Shown: positions 13,395-27,644 of the stretch, in pieces
Layout: each line of letters starts with the position of its first letter
How positions within the stretch are numbered: position 1 is the first letter of the stretch
Origin: Eledone cirrhosa
Taxonomy: Eukaryota
Assembly: GCA_964016885.1 (NCBI GenBank)
Contig: OZ024752.1
Location: 40,858,001 to 40,922,000, forward strand
DNA length: 64,000 nucleotides
Direction: 5' to 3'
Translations under genes and position numbers: made by a program
The notes under the pieces: generated by a model
The model's database searches: none
What the model was told of the DNA's origin: nothing
The model's input: the letters and a program-made list of their open reading frames with translations, nothing else

Positions 13395-13947
13395 TAAACA
13401 TACATATGTATACATAAAGATATACATACATATATACATAAACATATACATACATACATAAACATATATATACATATATACATATATACATATATACATA
13501 AACATATATATATACATATATACATAAACATATACAGATATGTATGCACACAAAGGAGAAGGAAATCTTCTTTGAAAGAGTCGATAAAGCCATCGAGTAT
13601 TTCACGATAGTCTTTCTGATTCTTGCATCTTCACATTAACTTCATTGCTTTTGTTATGTCTTTACATCGACACCAACTCGGCTTTATTATCGCATTCCCC
13701 GATATACCGCACGCGAACACACTCACACATACACACATTCAAGCATACACACGTACACACGTACACATTTTCATATATCTACACACATCACACTCAAACA
13801 CATACATACACACACGCATAGACACATTACACTCAAACACATATACATGCACACATATACACACACATATATAAATATACACATTCATACATACACGCAA
13901 ATATAAACACATATTCACACGCAAGCACATACGCACAAGCACACACT

Positions 13948-13983
<36 letters not shown>

Positions 13984-14417
13984 CACTCATTCACACACAG
14001 GCACATACGCACAAGCACATACACGAACACACACTCATATGGACAGATACCTTTGCATTTATAAACATACATATATCTCCTCAAACACACACATACACAC
14101 ATACACACACACATATATATATACATACATATATATATGTCTCTGCATATATATATAAAGACATGTACATGCACACGTTGTCAAAAATACGTAAAGATAT
14201 GAAGTACGTTTCTACAATCAGCTATAAAGTTAGTTTGCTAGTTGTCCTCGTTTTCTCCTGATAGATATAAACCATACACGCACCAGTTTTCACAGTCAAT
14301 GACCACAAGAAACTCAGGAAAGATATAACGATTCATTCCTTCCATATCACATGAATTAAATGGAGCTGAACGCCGGTTAATGTAATTGTCTGTTTCACAA
14401 TAATTTCTCCAATGTTC

Positions 14418-14511
<94 letters not shown>

Positions 14512-14657
14512 AATGTACAATTAGGCCCGTATATTGGTGGTGTCGGTAATTATATTTCTGTTAGTGTCTGCGTTTATGCCCCGGAACTTAGCGACTTGAC
14601 AGAAAAGATCGATAAGAAACGAATAAAGAAATATAATAACCCCCCCCCACACACACA

Positions 14658-14746
<89 letters not shown>

Positions 14747-15008
14747 CATAGTCTTATTTAATTACGCTGTCAATAAACGCAGGTGCACCAGTAGAGTGTC
14801 AAGTTTATTAGTAGTTAGTTACGTAAACCATTCCTAGGTTAGATTAGTAACCAAAGGTTTATTGGTTTGAAATACAGGTTTAAGTAAATGGAACGAATTC
14901 AAAACGAAGAGTTTACACAAAGGAGAAAGAATAATCATTGAGGATGCCACACTGTGTGACGAAATAGCTTTGAACAATTATATACAGACACAGACACATG
15001 CTCACACA

Positions 15009-15060
<52 letters not shown>

Positions 15061-15062
<2 letters not shown>

Positions 15063-15202
15063 AGTCCAAAATTAGCTGTCGAAACGGCTTGAGCTCAGCC
15101 GTCGGGGTCCTACTCGTTCCTATTACCCACTCTACTACCCTAAGTATTGAGTACTCTGGTGCGTTATGGTCCACCTGGTTCCTTACCACATTTCCTTCGT
15201 TA
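15061..15202 (+). mobile_element. Family B single arm
   Basis: Near-identical to the reverse complement of 6691-6825; (TA)n on both sides; same 3' end TTCCTTCGTTA. Confidence 0.8.
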
Positions 15203-15348
15203 TATATATATATATATATATAGGTTTGTGTGTGTATTTGTGTTTGTACACACACACATGTGTATGTGTGTGTGTGTATCCCAGGTGGTTCAATCGGGAT
15301 AACCAGAGTAAGGTGCTCAATACATAGCAGAATATAAATATTTAATAT

Positions 15349-15410
15349 AGAAATGGCTTCTACAGGACTAGAACTGTTTCATTCGAAGGAAATCATCAGA
15401 AGCCATTTCT
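15349..15410 (-). ncRNA. Type I hammerhead motif (family C)
   Basis: Minus strand AGAAATGGCTT CTGATGA tTTCcttcGAAt GAAACAG ttctagtc CTGTA GAAGCCATTTCT; tail runs to about 15278 and is homologous to 60021-60100. Confidence 0.75.
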
Positions 15411-15512
15411 ATATTATATATATAGTAATAATAATAAATGTGATGACTAAAATCCGAAGAGGGCTAAATAAGGATAGTGTATATATAAATATATATAAGA
15501 ACCGTAGAGCAA

Positions 15513-15544
<32 letters not shown>

Positions 15545-15588
15545 CATTCATCTCTCTCTCTCTCTCTCTATATATATATACCTATATA

Positions 15589-15624
<36 letters not shown>

Positions 15625-15628
<4 letters not shown>

Positions 15629-15845
15629 GTAATAATAAATGTGATGACTAAAATCCAAAGAGGGCTCGATAAGGATAAATATATATCAAATATACAAGAG
15701 CAAATATTTATTAAAATAACAGATTAAAGTTTAAGCAAAGAATCGCTGCTTTCACCCTCAACGGGATCGTCTTGTTTAGTTTGAGAAGATCCCGTTAAGG
15801 ATGAAAGCAGCAATTCTTTGCTTAAACTTTAATCTGTTATTTTAT
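15625..15845. mobile_element. Family D fold-back element with decayed hammerhead cores
   Basis: Inverted arms around 15775; each has tCC(C)-loop-GG(G/A)t GAAAGCA...TGCTT AAAC; tail copies at 15422-15520 and 40288-40410. Confidence 0.7.
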
Positions 15846-16149
15846 ATTACAGGAATATTTCCTTTAATTACCTTAATGTGTCATATTCTACACACATTTA
15901 TCTAATCAATGTTTACCTTAACGGGAGGATTTGTTTGAAATCTTAAAAGGTTACTCCCTCATGTAAATTATTAAATATACAAAGACACTTCCGGAAAAAA
16001 CAACAGCAACAATAACAATAACAACAACAACAACTACATCTACAATTACAACTAGATGCCATATAACTTTCACGTTTGATCTCTTTTAGGAAAACAAATC
16101 TAATGTTGAGCACCAATAAACACACACACACACACACACGTATATATGT

Positions 16150-16236
<87 letters not shown>

Positions 16237-16253
16237 TACATATATATATATAG

Positions 16254-16292
<39 letters not shown>

Positions 16293-16335
16293 TATATAGA
16301 TATACATATATATATATACATATATATACATACGC

Positions 16336-16374
<39 letters not shown>

Positions 16375-16426
16375 CATACATATACATACGTATATATATA
16401 TACATATATATACATATATATACATA

Positions 16427-16466
<40 letters not shown>

Positions 16467-16518
16467 CATACATATACATACATATATATATATACATATA
16501 TATACATATATATACATA

Positions 16519-16557
<39 letters not shown>

Positions 16558-16559
16558 TA

Positions 16560-16654
<95 letters not shown>

Positions 16655-17100
16655 CATATTAGCGTAGAACCAAACGAATTAAGATTCTAGTAAATGAATA
16701 CATTATTGCTTGAAGCAAATATTAACATGTATTCAAACAGATCGTTTATCCTTTGTTTCTTTCACTATTTAATAATATGGCCGACACTTTCTTTTTCACG
16801 CCTGGCAATTTCGTTGCGGCTTCCTATTGGCAAACGTAAAAACGTGCTTAATATTTCAAATTTTCTTCCTCCGTTCCACCACAAAATCTTGCAACAAACG
16901 ATGCCTTCAAGGAGATATTTAATACAATTACTTGCTGTCATTTACCTTCACGGTAATGGTGATTTACTCGACTGAACGTAAAGCGATAACTATGTCTTTA
17001 ACTATGTCTTCGTCCATCTTTTTTTGGGGGGTGGGGGTGGGAGGCTTTCTTTTGTTGTTGTTACTTTTACATAAGAACCAAAAATCACGAGACAAACAGA

Positions 17101-17536
17101 CGTACATACATACATACATACATACATACATACATACATACATACATACATACATACACACATACATACATACACACATACACACATACATACATACATA
17201 CATACATACATACATACATACACACATACATACACACATACATACATACATACATACATACATACATACACACATACATACATACATACATACATACATA
17301 CATACATACATACATACATACACACACACATACATACACACACACATACATACATACATACACACATACATAAATACATACATACACACACACATACATA
17401 CATACATACATACATACATACATACATACATACATACATACATACATACATACACACATACATACATACATACACACATACATACATACATACATACATA
17501 CATACATACATACATACATACATACATACATACATA
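17101..17536. repeat. (CATA)n microsatellite
   Basis: Directly visible. Confidence 0.95.
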
Positions 17537-17563
17537 GACACACACAGAGATAGATACATATAT

Positions 17564-17620
<57 letters not shown>

Positions 17621-17704
17621 AAAGGTAAACAGAAATAACAACACAATCGGTACAGTATATGGAAGGGATATATTAGGTTAACGATTGATATAGCTGGAAG
17701 AGGG

Positions 17705-17740
17705 CCTTAACGTTTCGGACACTAGTCCTTCGTCAGAAGA
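17705..17740 (-). ncRNA. Type I minimal hammerhead motif (family E)
   Basis: Minus strand TCTT CTGACGA a GGAC-tagt-GTCC GAAACGTT AAGG; palindromic ACGT stem III; tail to 17618 matches the fragment at 6227-6280. Confidence 0.8.
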
Positions 17741-17790
17741 AAGAATGAGAAATAAGATAGATTGAGGGGTTGGAATTGGAAAAAAAATGT

Positions 17791-17846
<56 letters not shown>

Positions 17847-18131
17847 GGTGGCTGCAAACTCTGCTAGGAGTATTGCAAGCACTTGTCAGATTACAGAAAA
17901 TGGTACACCTTTAGGCTACGGCCAGCCACATGAACCTGTAACAGATCCTGAACAAGCAATGCCTGTGCTTTGAAGGTTCTTTAAGTGGGGAAAGGCCTTG
18001 CACTCGAGCAATCCCACTCTCTGAGCATCGAAAACACTACCCGAAAAGAAGAACTTGTCAACATCATTGAATGCTTCCGAAGTCTGATGTACATATATAT
18101 ATATATTATATATATATATATATATGTACAT

Positions 18132-18200
18132 CAGACCTGCCAACCTGCCAACCAAAAGGTGCCCCAAAATGGGGAGAAATGAGGCAAAATGGGGAGATTT
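18132..18200 (+). mobile_element. Possible hAT-type terminal fragment
   Basis: CAGACCTGCCAACC followed by repeated CAAAATGGGGAGA subterminal motifs; no partner end found. Confidence 0.35.
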
Positions 18201-18493
18201 TACATAATGAAAGCAATACCCATTTTCACAAGAGAAGACATCTCTCACCCACCCCAAAGTGGGTGGGAGACCTTCCCTCCGATGGGGAGGGTTAACATAT
18301 ATATATATATATATAAATGTATGTATATATATACATATATACATATATATATGTATGTAGATATATATATGCGAGAAAAACCACAAACCTTCCATCTCAA
18401 TTTTATTTTTGAAAAATATAATAACTGTGAAACCGGTAAAGGAAATAAATAAATATACTTAAAAAGACTCCCGTTGCATTTTCGATTTCTTTT

Positions 18494-18574
<81 letters not shown>

Positions 18575-18582
18575 ATGTAGAA

Positions 18583-18633
18583 GGCTTCTACAGGACTAGA
18601 ACTGTTTCATTCCGGAGAAATCACCAGGAAACC
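18583..18633 (-). ncRNA. Family C hammerhead with core mutation (CUGGUGA)
   Basis: GGTTTC CTGGTGA tTTCtccgGAAt GAAACAG ttctagtc CTGTA GAAGCC; between (TA)n tracts. Confidence 0.65.
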
Positions 18634-18649
18634 CGGGATAAACTTATAT

Positions 18650-18740
<91 letters not shown>

Positions 18741-19107
18741 TATATTTAGATTTATATATACATAAACACGTGGCTTAGAGAAATTAAGCGTCATACATAT
18801 TGTTTAAGCACGTTTTCCAATGTCATATAAACTTCAATTGCATTAGCTTAATTTAATACAAAATAATCACAAAGTTGACGTTAATTTGATTTTCATTAGT
18901 TTTAATTTATAAATTTCAGACACCCTGCGCCAGCGGATAAAACAGCGGGAGGTTTTGTAGTTATATGTGATTATAACTCTAGTGGTTAATAAGACAAACA
19001 AAACAGTATCATAGAATATTAGCTCACTGATTGATAAGCTAATATTTGAAGTAGGAAATTTGAGCCGTTCTTGAGAACAGATGTACTAAAATATGATATA
19101 AAATACT

Positions 19108-19768
19108 TGTTTCTACTTTAGGCACAAGGCCAGCAATTACCCAGTGCATTACTGGTACTTTATTTTATCGACCCCGTAAGGATGAAAGGCAAAGTCTACC
19201 TCGGCGGGATTTGAACTCAGATCGTAAAGGGACGTAACTATGCTTGAAAGCATGGCGTCCGACCCTCTACCGATACTGCCAATCCACCGACTAGTTATTA
19301 TAATTGTTTCTACTTTAGGCACAAGGCCAGCAATTACCCAGTGCATTACTGGTACTTTATTTTATCGACCCCATAAGGATGAAAGGCAAAGTCAACCTCG
19401 GCGGGATTTGAACTCAGATCGTAAAGGGACGTAACTATGCTTGAAAGCATGGCGTCCGACCCCCTACCGATACTGCCAATCCACCGCCCTTATGATATAA
19501 AATACTACTATGTAGATGTAGATGTAATGCTGGTGTTAGAAAAGTTACTAAGTAATACCTCTCTGTCTCACTAAATAATTGTTTCTACTTTAGGCACAAG
19601 GCCAGCAATTATCCCAGTGCATTACTGGTACTTTATTTTATCGACCCGCGTAAGGATGAAAGGCAAAGTTAACCTCGGCGGGATTTGAACTCAGAATGGC
19701 AAGGGCCGTAACTGTATGCGTCAAAGCATGGCGTCCGACCCTCTGTCGATACTGCCAAGCCACCGCCT
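19108..19768 (-). mobile_element. Three tRNA-SINE family 1 copies
   Basis: Copies at about 19108-19290, 19300-19490 and 19574-19768. Confidence 0.9.
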
Positions 19769-19798
19769 CGTCGCGGTGAATTTACAGGGTCTTTAGAA

Positions 19799-19890
19799 CA
19801 GGCATGGGCAACCTGTTTTTGAGAAGCGGGCCGCATGAGATATGGCTCATCATCAGGTGGGCCGCAAGCGCTAATTTCCATTCGGGCCCA
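19799..19890 (+). mobile_element. Possible hAT (Charlie-like) terminal fragment
   Basis: CAGGCATGGGCAACCTG followed by two GGGCCGCA subterminal motifs. Confidence 0.45.
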
Positions 19891-20392
19891 CCTTAAAAAA
19901 AGGGGTGGTAACTCAGGTTGTTCTTGATTTGTTTCTTCAGAATTCGAACACGTTGTTTTCCTCGATCGTAAAAATGATTGAAAGATAAATTACAACTGAA
20001 AAGGAGGACGTGTCTGCTTTAGAATGTCCGATAGAATGTTCTGTGGCTTTCTTTTTGACTCTCTGCTCTCCGAGTTCAAATCTCGCCAAACTCAAGATTG
20101 TCTTTCATCCTTTCGAGATCGATATAAAAAGAACCAGTTTAGTACTGGGGTCGATTGTTGCTCTACATCTCTTTCTCATTTCCATTCACAGTACAGTAAT
20201 TAGTATTAGTGGCTATCAGACATAGTATATCTAGGACTATATTATCCAATGTACACTTCTTCTTGTCGTGTCCAGAAGAGTGTCAGCTACAAAGCTTGGC
20301 TAGATGTGATTCCGCCACAGCTGAACACATTGCTGTTCTTTCTCATTAATCTCTGCCAAGTCCACTCTTTCTCTCACTTTCTGTCATTCTGG

Positions 20393-20840
20393 GGAAGAAA
20401 TCTGCTATATTCAAACCTGGAGAGGAATGGGCTTTGCCAAGATCGATCAACATTGCCATTTCTCCATTAGAGGTCGATGAAAAAAAAGTACCAGTCTAAT
20501 ACTGGGGTCAATCCTTCCTCTATAATTCACAGGAAGAAATCTGCTATATTCAAACCTGGGGAGGAATGGGCTTTGCCAAGATCGATCAACATTGCCATTT
20601 CTCCATTAGAGGTCGATGAAAAAAAAGTACCAGTCTAATACTGGGGTCAATCCTTCCTCTATAATTCACAGGAAGAAATCTGCTATATTCAGACCTGGAG
20701 AGGAATGGGCTTTGCCAAGATCGATCAACATTGCCATTTCTCCATCAAAGGTCGATGAAAAAAAAGTACCAGTCTAATACTGGGGGCAATCCTTCCTCTA
20801 TAATTCACAGGAAGAAATCTGTTGTATTCAGACCAGGAGA
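20393..20840. repeat. 139-bp tandem repeat x3.2 containing a decayed SINE core
   Basis: Unit starts at 20393, 20532, 20671 and 20810; contains GGTCGATGAAAAAAAAGTACCAGTCTAATACTGGGG. Confidence 0.9.
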
Positions 20841-21029
20841 GGAGACGGGCTCTACTTGGTTTTTAAAATGTCCTAGAAAAGCTGTACGTTAATACCTGCC
20901 CCTAAGGCTTGGCGGCGAGTTGTGGGACCATATATATATACATGCATAACACATCATAACACCTACACCCTATCACATATGATGTTGTTATTGTTACTAA
21001 TACTACAACTACCACTACCCATCATTACT

Positions 21030-21825
21030 ATGCTTATCAACGTCATCACCACCACCATTACTAACACCATCACCACCACTACTAACACCATCACCACCAC
21101 CACCACCACCACCACTAACATCTCCACCACCACTAACACTACCACCACCACCACTAACATCTCCACCACCACTAACACCATCACTACTAACAACATCACC
21201 CAACCACCTCAGCCCCCTCATTACCATCATTAACATCATCATCGTCATCATCATCATCACCAACACCATCACCATCATCATCACCATCACCATCACCATC
21301 ATCATCGTCATCATCATCATCATCATCACCATCACCATCATCATCACCATCACCATCATCATCACCATCATCGTCATCGTCATCATCATCATCACCATCG
21401 TCATCATCATCGTCATCACCATCGTCATCACCATCATCACCACCATCATCATCATCACCATCATCACCATCATCATCGTCATCATTATCACCATCATCGT
21501 CATCATCACCATCATCACCATCATCACCATCAACATCATCATCACCATCATCATCACCATCATCGTCATCCTCATCATCATCATCACCATCGTCATCATC
21601 ATCGTCATCACCATCGTCATCACCATCATCATCATCACCATCATCACCATCATCATCACCATCACCATCATCATCACCATCATCATCACCATCATCATCA
21701 CCATCGTCATCATCACCATCACCATCATCACCATCACCATCATCATCATCATCATCATCACCATCATCACCACCATCGTCATCACCATCACCATCGCCAT
21801 CTTCATGGCCATCATCATCATCATC
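21030..21825. repeat. (CAC)/(CAT)n trinucleotide tract
   Basis: Directly visible. Confidence 0.95.
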
Positions 21826-22267
21826 CCTATGAGAAATATGCAGCCTTTATCTCAAGCCTGTAATTATCATCAGTACAAAGCCTGTCTCTTCTACCAACAA
21901 CAAAATCATTAATCACAGATCAATGACCAAGTTACAAAACAGATAATTATTTATGGTGATCAGTTAGAAGACAAATCGTTGCTTGGGTAAAAGTGATAGG
22001 AAAATATCGATAGTTTGATTACCGATGTTTCAGATACGAAAGACGACATCTTGTTGACATTCTAGCCATGGATAACGGAGGTGGGTGAAATAAGTTGGTT
22101 ATGTTCTTAGGTGAGCATCTACATCGATCTCTTGTATTATCTTCTATCATTTCTACCTAGATATATATACACATATATACATATACATATACACACACGC
22201 ATGCACACACACACATTGAAAGGCGCACACACGCAAACACCCCCCTCCCCATGTTTTCATTTTGTCC

Positions 22268-22532
22268 TTAATTATAAGTTGTGATGTTGCTATACCATTC
22301 ATGTTTTCTATTTAATTTTGGTTGTAGTTCATTTATGTTTATTGCCTCTAAACATTGCGTCTTTTCTGTGTGTAGATTCTATTTTTATTTCTATGTTCTC
22401 TAATTTGACCTTATGTTCTATTTTAGCATGTTGGTGGAGTATTGATGATTCTTTTTTATCTTGAAGCTCTCGCCAGTGTTCATTTAACCGTTCACCTATA
22501 CTACGAGCTGTCTCACCTATGTACACTATATT
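22268..22532 (-). pseudogene. C-terminal GIY-YIG endonuclease fragment of a Penelope-like retroelement (frameshifted)
   Basis: YIGETARSIGERLNEH...LHQHAKIEH...DAMFR, then in a shifted frame EAININELQPKLNRKHEW...stop; fits the PLE endonuclease pattern YIGET..R..EH / EAxxI / LN. Confidence 0.8.
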
Positions 22533-22944
22533 CTTATATAGGGGACCTAATTATTACTGGTAGAGGTTGAACTCAGACATAATAAATGTTTAAGAAAGCT
22601 GAATAAAATATATGACAGTTGCACTCAATACATTAAAAAAAAAAGAAGAAAATAATACACTCTCCTGTCCTGGATATTGCTTCTGGCAAAAGAAAAAAAA
22701 ATAAAGCTTGGGACTGTCTTCTTTCCTGTGTCTTATCAAAGCATTGTATTACTTTCTCGGTGTTAGATTTACAGACGAAGAAATATCGAACAGGGTGTTC
22801 ATCGTATCACCGTATAAATATTCATAGAACAGTTCTCGTTGTAGTTACTGTCGCCAGCAGACGACAACTGGCTTCAATAGTTACCATAGCAAAACATTGA
22901 CAGTGTCATTAAGTACATAATGGCGAACAGAGAGAGAGAGTTAC

Positions 22945-24612
22945 TGATGGTGGTGGTGGTGGTGGTGGTGTAGTTAGTGTTGTTGTTGTTGGTGATGGTG
23001 GTGGTTGTGGTGGTGGTGGTTGGTGGTTGGTGGTGGTGGTGGTTGTGTTGGTGGTGGTGGTGGTTGTGTTGGTGGTGGTGTTGATGGTGGTGGTGATGGT
23101 GGTGGTGGTGGTTGTGTTGGTGATGGTGTTGATGGTGGTGATGATGGTGGTGGTGGTGTTGGTGGTGATGGTGGTGGTGGTGGTTGTGTTGGTGGTGGTG
23201 TTGATGGTGGTGATGATGATGGTGGTGGTGTTGGTGGTGATGGTGGTGGTGGTGGTTGTGTTGGTGGTGGTGTTGATGGTGGTGATGATGGTGGTGGTGG
23301 TGTTGGTGGTGATGGTGGTGGTGGTGGTTGTGTTGGTGGTGGTGTTGATGGTGGTGATGATGGTGGTGGTGGTGTTGGTGGTGATGGTGGTAGTGGTGGT
23401 GGTTATGTTGGTGGTGGCGTTGATGGTGGTGATGATGGTGGTGGTGGTGTTGGTGTTAGTGGTAGTGTTGTTGTTGTTGCTGCTGTTGGCCGTGGTCTAG
23501 TTAGTGCTGTTGTTGGTCAAGGTTCTGTGGTGGTTGTGTTGGTGGTGGTGGTGGTGGTGATGGTGGTGGTGGTGTTGATAGTGGTGGTGTTGGTGGTGGT
23601 TGGTGGTGGTGGTGGTGGTGGTGTTGGTGGTGGTGGTGGTGTTGGTGGTGGTGGTGTTGATAGTGGTGGTGTTGGTGGTGGTGGTGGTGTTGGTGGTGGT
23701 GTTGGTGGTGGTGGTGTTGATAGTGGTGGTGTTGGTGGTGGTGGTGGTGGTGGTGGTGGTGGTGTTGGTGGTAGTTGTGGAGTGTGATGGGGCCATGTTG
23801 AACTAGGATTGTTACTAGTTCTGTGGTGATGGTGGTGGTGGTGGTGGTGGTGTTGGTGGTGGTGGTGGTGGTGATGGTGGTGGTGGTGTTGATAGTGGTG
23901 GTGTTGGTGGTGGTTGGTGGTGGTGGTGGTGTTGGTGGTGGTGGTGTTGATAGTGGTAGTGTTGGTGGTGGTTGGTTGGGGTGGTTGTGTTGGTGGTGGT
24001 GGTGGTGCTGGTGATAGTGGTGGTGGTGATAGTGATAGTGGTGGTGGTGTGTGTGTGGTGATGGTGGTGGTGGTGGTGATGGTGATGGCGTTGATAGTGG
24101 TGGTGTTGGTGGTGATAGTGGTGGTGTGGTGATAATGATAGTGGTGGTGATGTGTGTGTGGTGATGGTGGTGGTGGTGGTGGTGATGGTGATGGTGTTGA
24201 TAGTGGTGGTGTTGGTGGTGATAGTGGTGGTGTGTGTGTGTGGTGATGGTGATGGTGGTGATGGTGATGGTGTTGATAGTGGTGGTGTTGGTAGTTACAG
24301 AGGTACGTTCTATTTTGTTTAGTCCCAAGTCAATTTTAATTCAGTATAACCATCCTCTGATAGTGGTGGTGGTGTGTGTGTGGTGATGGTGGTGGTGGTG
24401 GTGGTGGTGGTGATGGTGGTGGTGGTGGTGGTGGTGGTGGTGGTGGTGGTGGTGGTGGTGGTGGTGGTGGTGTTGGTGGTGGTGGTGGTGGTGGTGGTGG
24501 TGTTGGTGGTGGTGGTGGTGGTGGTGGTGGTGGTGGTGGTGGTGGTGTTGGTGGTGTTGGTGGTGGTGGTGGTGGTGGTGGTGGTGGTGGTGGTGGTGGT
24601 GGTGTTGGTGGT
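22945..24612. repeat. (GGT)n-based compound repeat
   Basis: Directly visible; a second tract lies at 26700-27110. Confidence 0.95.
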
Positions 24613-24934
24613 TACAGAGGTACGTTCTATTTTGTTTAGTCCCAAGTCAATTTTAATTCAGTATAACCATTTCTCAAAGGAATTCCAGCCGAGATTATCT
24701 CATATCATATTTGGTTGCTAATTTTAGCAAGTCGAGTGACCATGTAGAGTCTCCCTTTAGTGGTTGTTTGGAAGGTTGAGACGTCTATGCTGGTGAATGC
24801 TGTAGTGGTTATGCTTATGAAAGCGGAGTAGTGTTGGGGTTGTAGTAGAGGTAGTGGTAGTGGTAGTGGTAGTGGTAGTGGTAGTGGTAGTGGTAGTGGT
24901 AGTGGTAGTGGTTTATTAATAGCAACTACTCGAT

Positions 24935-25490
24935 TTCGCAACCTTGTGCAGTCTGCCACTAACCCAGGTTCTGTTGCACGTCGGGCTGAGGAGGCCAAAC
25001 TCTTCAAGTACCGGTCACTCTTCGACAGGTTTTCAGTAGTGTCCTTGGCCGTGGAGACTTCTGGTGTCCTTGGCCCTAGGGCTACCTCCCTACTCACCAC
25101 CATAGGCACTGAGCTGGCTAGCTGTAGCAGTGGAGACTTCTGGTGTCCGTGGCCCTAGGGCTACCTCCCTACTCACCACCATAGGCACTGAGCTGGCTAG
25201 CTGTAGCAGTGGAGACTTCTGGTGTCCTTGGCCCTAGGGCTACCACCCTACTTACCACCGTAGGCACTGAGCTGGCTAGCTATAGCAGTGGAGACTTCTG
25301 GTGTCCTTGGCCCTAGGGCTACCTCCCTACTCACCACCATAGATGCTGAGCTGGCCAGCCGCAGGTGTGAATATGAGCTGGAATAGCTCTTCCAGCGCAT
25401 ATCCCTTTACTATCCTCCGGAGAAACACCTTCTCCATTCTGTCCGCCGGGGCTGTGGTGGGAGGCCAGCACGTGGGGCCCCATCTGCTCA
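24935..25490 (+). pseudogene. 3' end of a CRE-like non-LTR retrotransposon (RLE domain), with an internal 79-bp tandem amplification
   Basis: ARRAEEAKLFKYRSL...SLAVETSGVLGPRATSLL..IG, and later LFQRIS / ILRRNTFSIL; matches the CRE-type K..KY / ETxGxxG / QRIS...RGN pattern. Confidence 0.75.
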
Positions 25491-25648
25491 CTATACAGAG
25501 AGATTGGGATAGCGAGAGAGGTTTTTGTTAATTGCTCTTGCTAATTACAAAGAAGAATTTGATAATTATGTGTAGATAACCTTGAAGATAGGGCCGATAA
25601 ATTGATGACCGATATTTTAAAATTATGTTGATACAAATGCTGATATTG

Positions 25649-26300
25649 ATAATTGTTTCTACTTTAGGCACAAGGCCAGTAATTACACCCAGTGCATTAC
25701 CGGTACTTTATTTTATCGACCCCGTAAGGATGAAAGGCAAAGTCAACCTCGGCGGGATTATATATATATAATAATTGTTTCTACTTTAGGCACAAGGCCA
25801 GCAAATACCTCAGTGCATTACTGGTACTTTATTTTTATCGACCTCGTAAGGATGAAAGGCAAAGTCAACCTCGGCAGGAATTGAACTCAGATCGTAAAGG
25901 GACGTAACTATGCTGGAAAGCATTATATTATATATATATAATAATTGTTTCTACTTTAGGCACAAGGCCAGCAATTATCCCAGTGCATTACTGGTACTTT
26001 ATTTTATCGACCCCGTAAGGATGAAAGGCAAAGTTAACCTCGGCAGGATTTGAACTCAGATCGTAAAGGGACGTAACTATGCTGGAAAGCATTATATTAT
26101 ATATATATAATAATTGTTTCTACTTTAGGCACAAGGCCAGCAATTACCCAGTGCATTACTGGTACTTTATTTTTATCGACCTCGTAATGATGAAGGGCAA
26201 AGTCAACCTCGGCGGGATTTGAACTCAGATCGTAAAGGGACGTAACTATGCTGGAAAGCATGGCGTCCGGCCCTCTACCGATACTGCCAATCCACCGCCA
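25649..26300 (-). mobile_element. Four tandem tRNA-SINE family 1 copies separated by short (TA)n
   Basis: Three 5'-truncated copies and one near-full copy. Confidence 0.9.
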
Positions 26301-27198
26301 AATGGGGCCCCACGTGTTGGCCTCCCCCACAGCCCCGGTGAACAGAGTGATGATATTGATAATGATGGTGATTGTGATAATACTTGTTATTTAAAGATGG
26401 ATAACAATGAAGGATTAAGTAGAGAAAGATAACGATGACGGCAAAAATGAGAGCAAGGTCAACGATGATGATGATGATGATGATGTTAGTGATGATGTTG
26501 ATGATGTTGATGATGTTGATGATGTAGTGGTGGCTTTGATGACGTAAATGATGATGATGATACTAATGGAAGTGGTGATAGCGTTTGTTTGTTTGTTTGT
26601 TTGTTTTTTCTGGTAACAATGATAATAAGATTAAATTAAATGTTTAATTTACATGTCTAGCTAGTGACAGTGGTAGTATTTGGTGAGAGAATCGTTGTGT
26701 CAGGTGGTGGTGGTGGTGGTGGTGGTGGTGGTTTTGTAAGTGATGGTGGTGGTGGTGGTGGTGGTGGTGGTGGTGGTGGTGGTGGTGGTGGTTTTGTAGG
26801 TGATGGTGGTGGTGGTGGTGGTGGTGGTGATGGTGGTGGTGGTGGTGGTGGTTTTGTAGGTGATGGTGGTGGTGGTGGTGGTGGTGGTGGTGGTGGTGGT
26901 GGTGGTGGTGGTGGTGGTGGTGGTGGTGGTGGTGGTGGTGATGGTGGTTGTGGTGGTGGTGGTGGTGGTGGTGGTGGTTTTGTAGGTGATGGTGGTGGTG
27001 GTGGTGATGGTGGTGGTGGTGGTGGTGGTGGTAATGGTGGTGGTGGTGGTGGTGGTGGTGGTGGTGGTGGTGGCGGTGGCGGTGGTGGTGGTGGTGGTGG
27101 TTTTGTAGGGGTGATGGAGGTGAATAAATAATATCAAAATCTTGTAGATTTGAATTTATGTGAGATATATATATCTGCTGAAATATATATACAATATA

Positions 27199-27308
<110 letters not shown>

Positions 27309-27383
27309 TTATGTTGTAACATAAATTCCCACCGTTGTTATAAAACTTGTTAATAAAGAAACGTCGGGAATTTATCATACATC

Positions 27384-27387
<4 letters not shown>
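27309..27387. mobile_element. Mariner-type mini-MITE of about 79 bp (MADE-like)
   Basis: Imperfect TIRs TTATGTTGTAACATAAATTCCCACCGTT vs TTGGGATGTATGATAAATTCCCGACGTT, almost abutting; TA flanks. Confidence 0.5.
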
Positions 27388-27441
<54 letters not shown>

Positions 27442-27503
27442 ATATACAATATATATATATATGTATATATACAATACATACAATATATATATATTTATAT
27501 ATA

Positions 27504-27644
<141 letters not shown>

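Noticed and set aside
19835-19860. CTGATGA plus hairpin on the minus strand as a hammerhead
   Set aside because: No GAAA after the stem. CTGANGA hits at 3042, 8408, 21867, 30584 and 62677 also lack a stem II followed by GAAA
20393-20840. Tandem arrays (also 25051, 37208, 49070, 54782) as CRISPR arrays
   Set aside because: Whole units repeat with no unique spacers, and there are no cas genes
22010-22070. Hammerhead downstream of the GIY-YIG relic
   Set aside because: GAAACATCGGTA is present, but there is no recognisable CUGANGA or stem I
27321-27375. GAAACGTC with a 10-bp flanking stem as a hammerhead
   Set aside because: No CUGANGA; better explained as the paired TIRs of a mini-MITE
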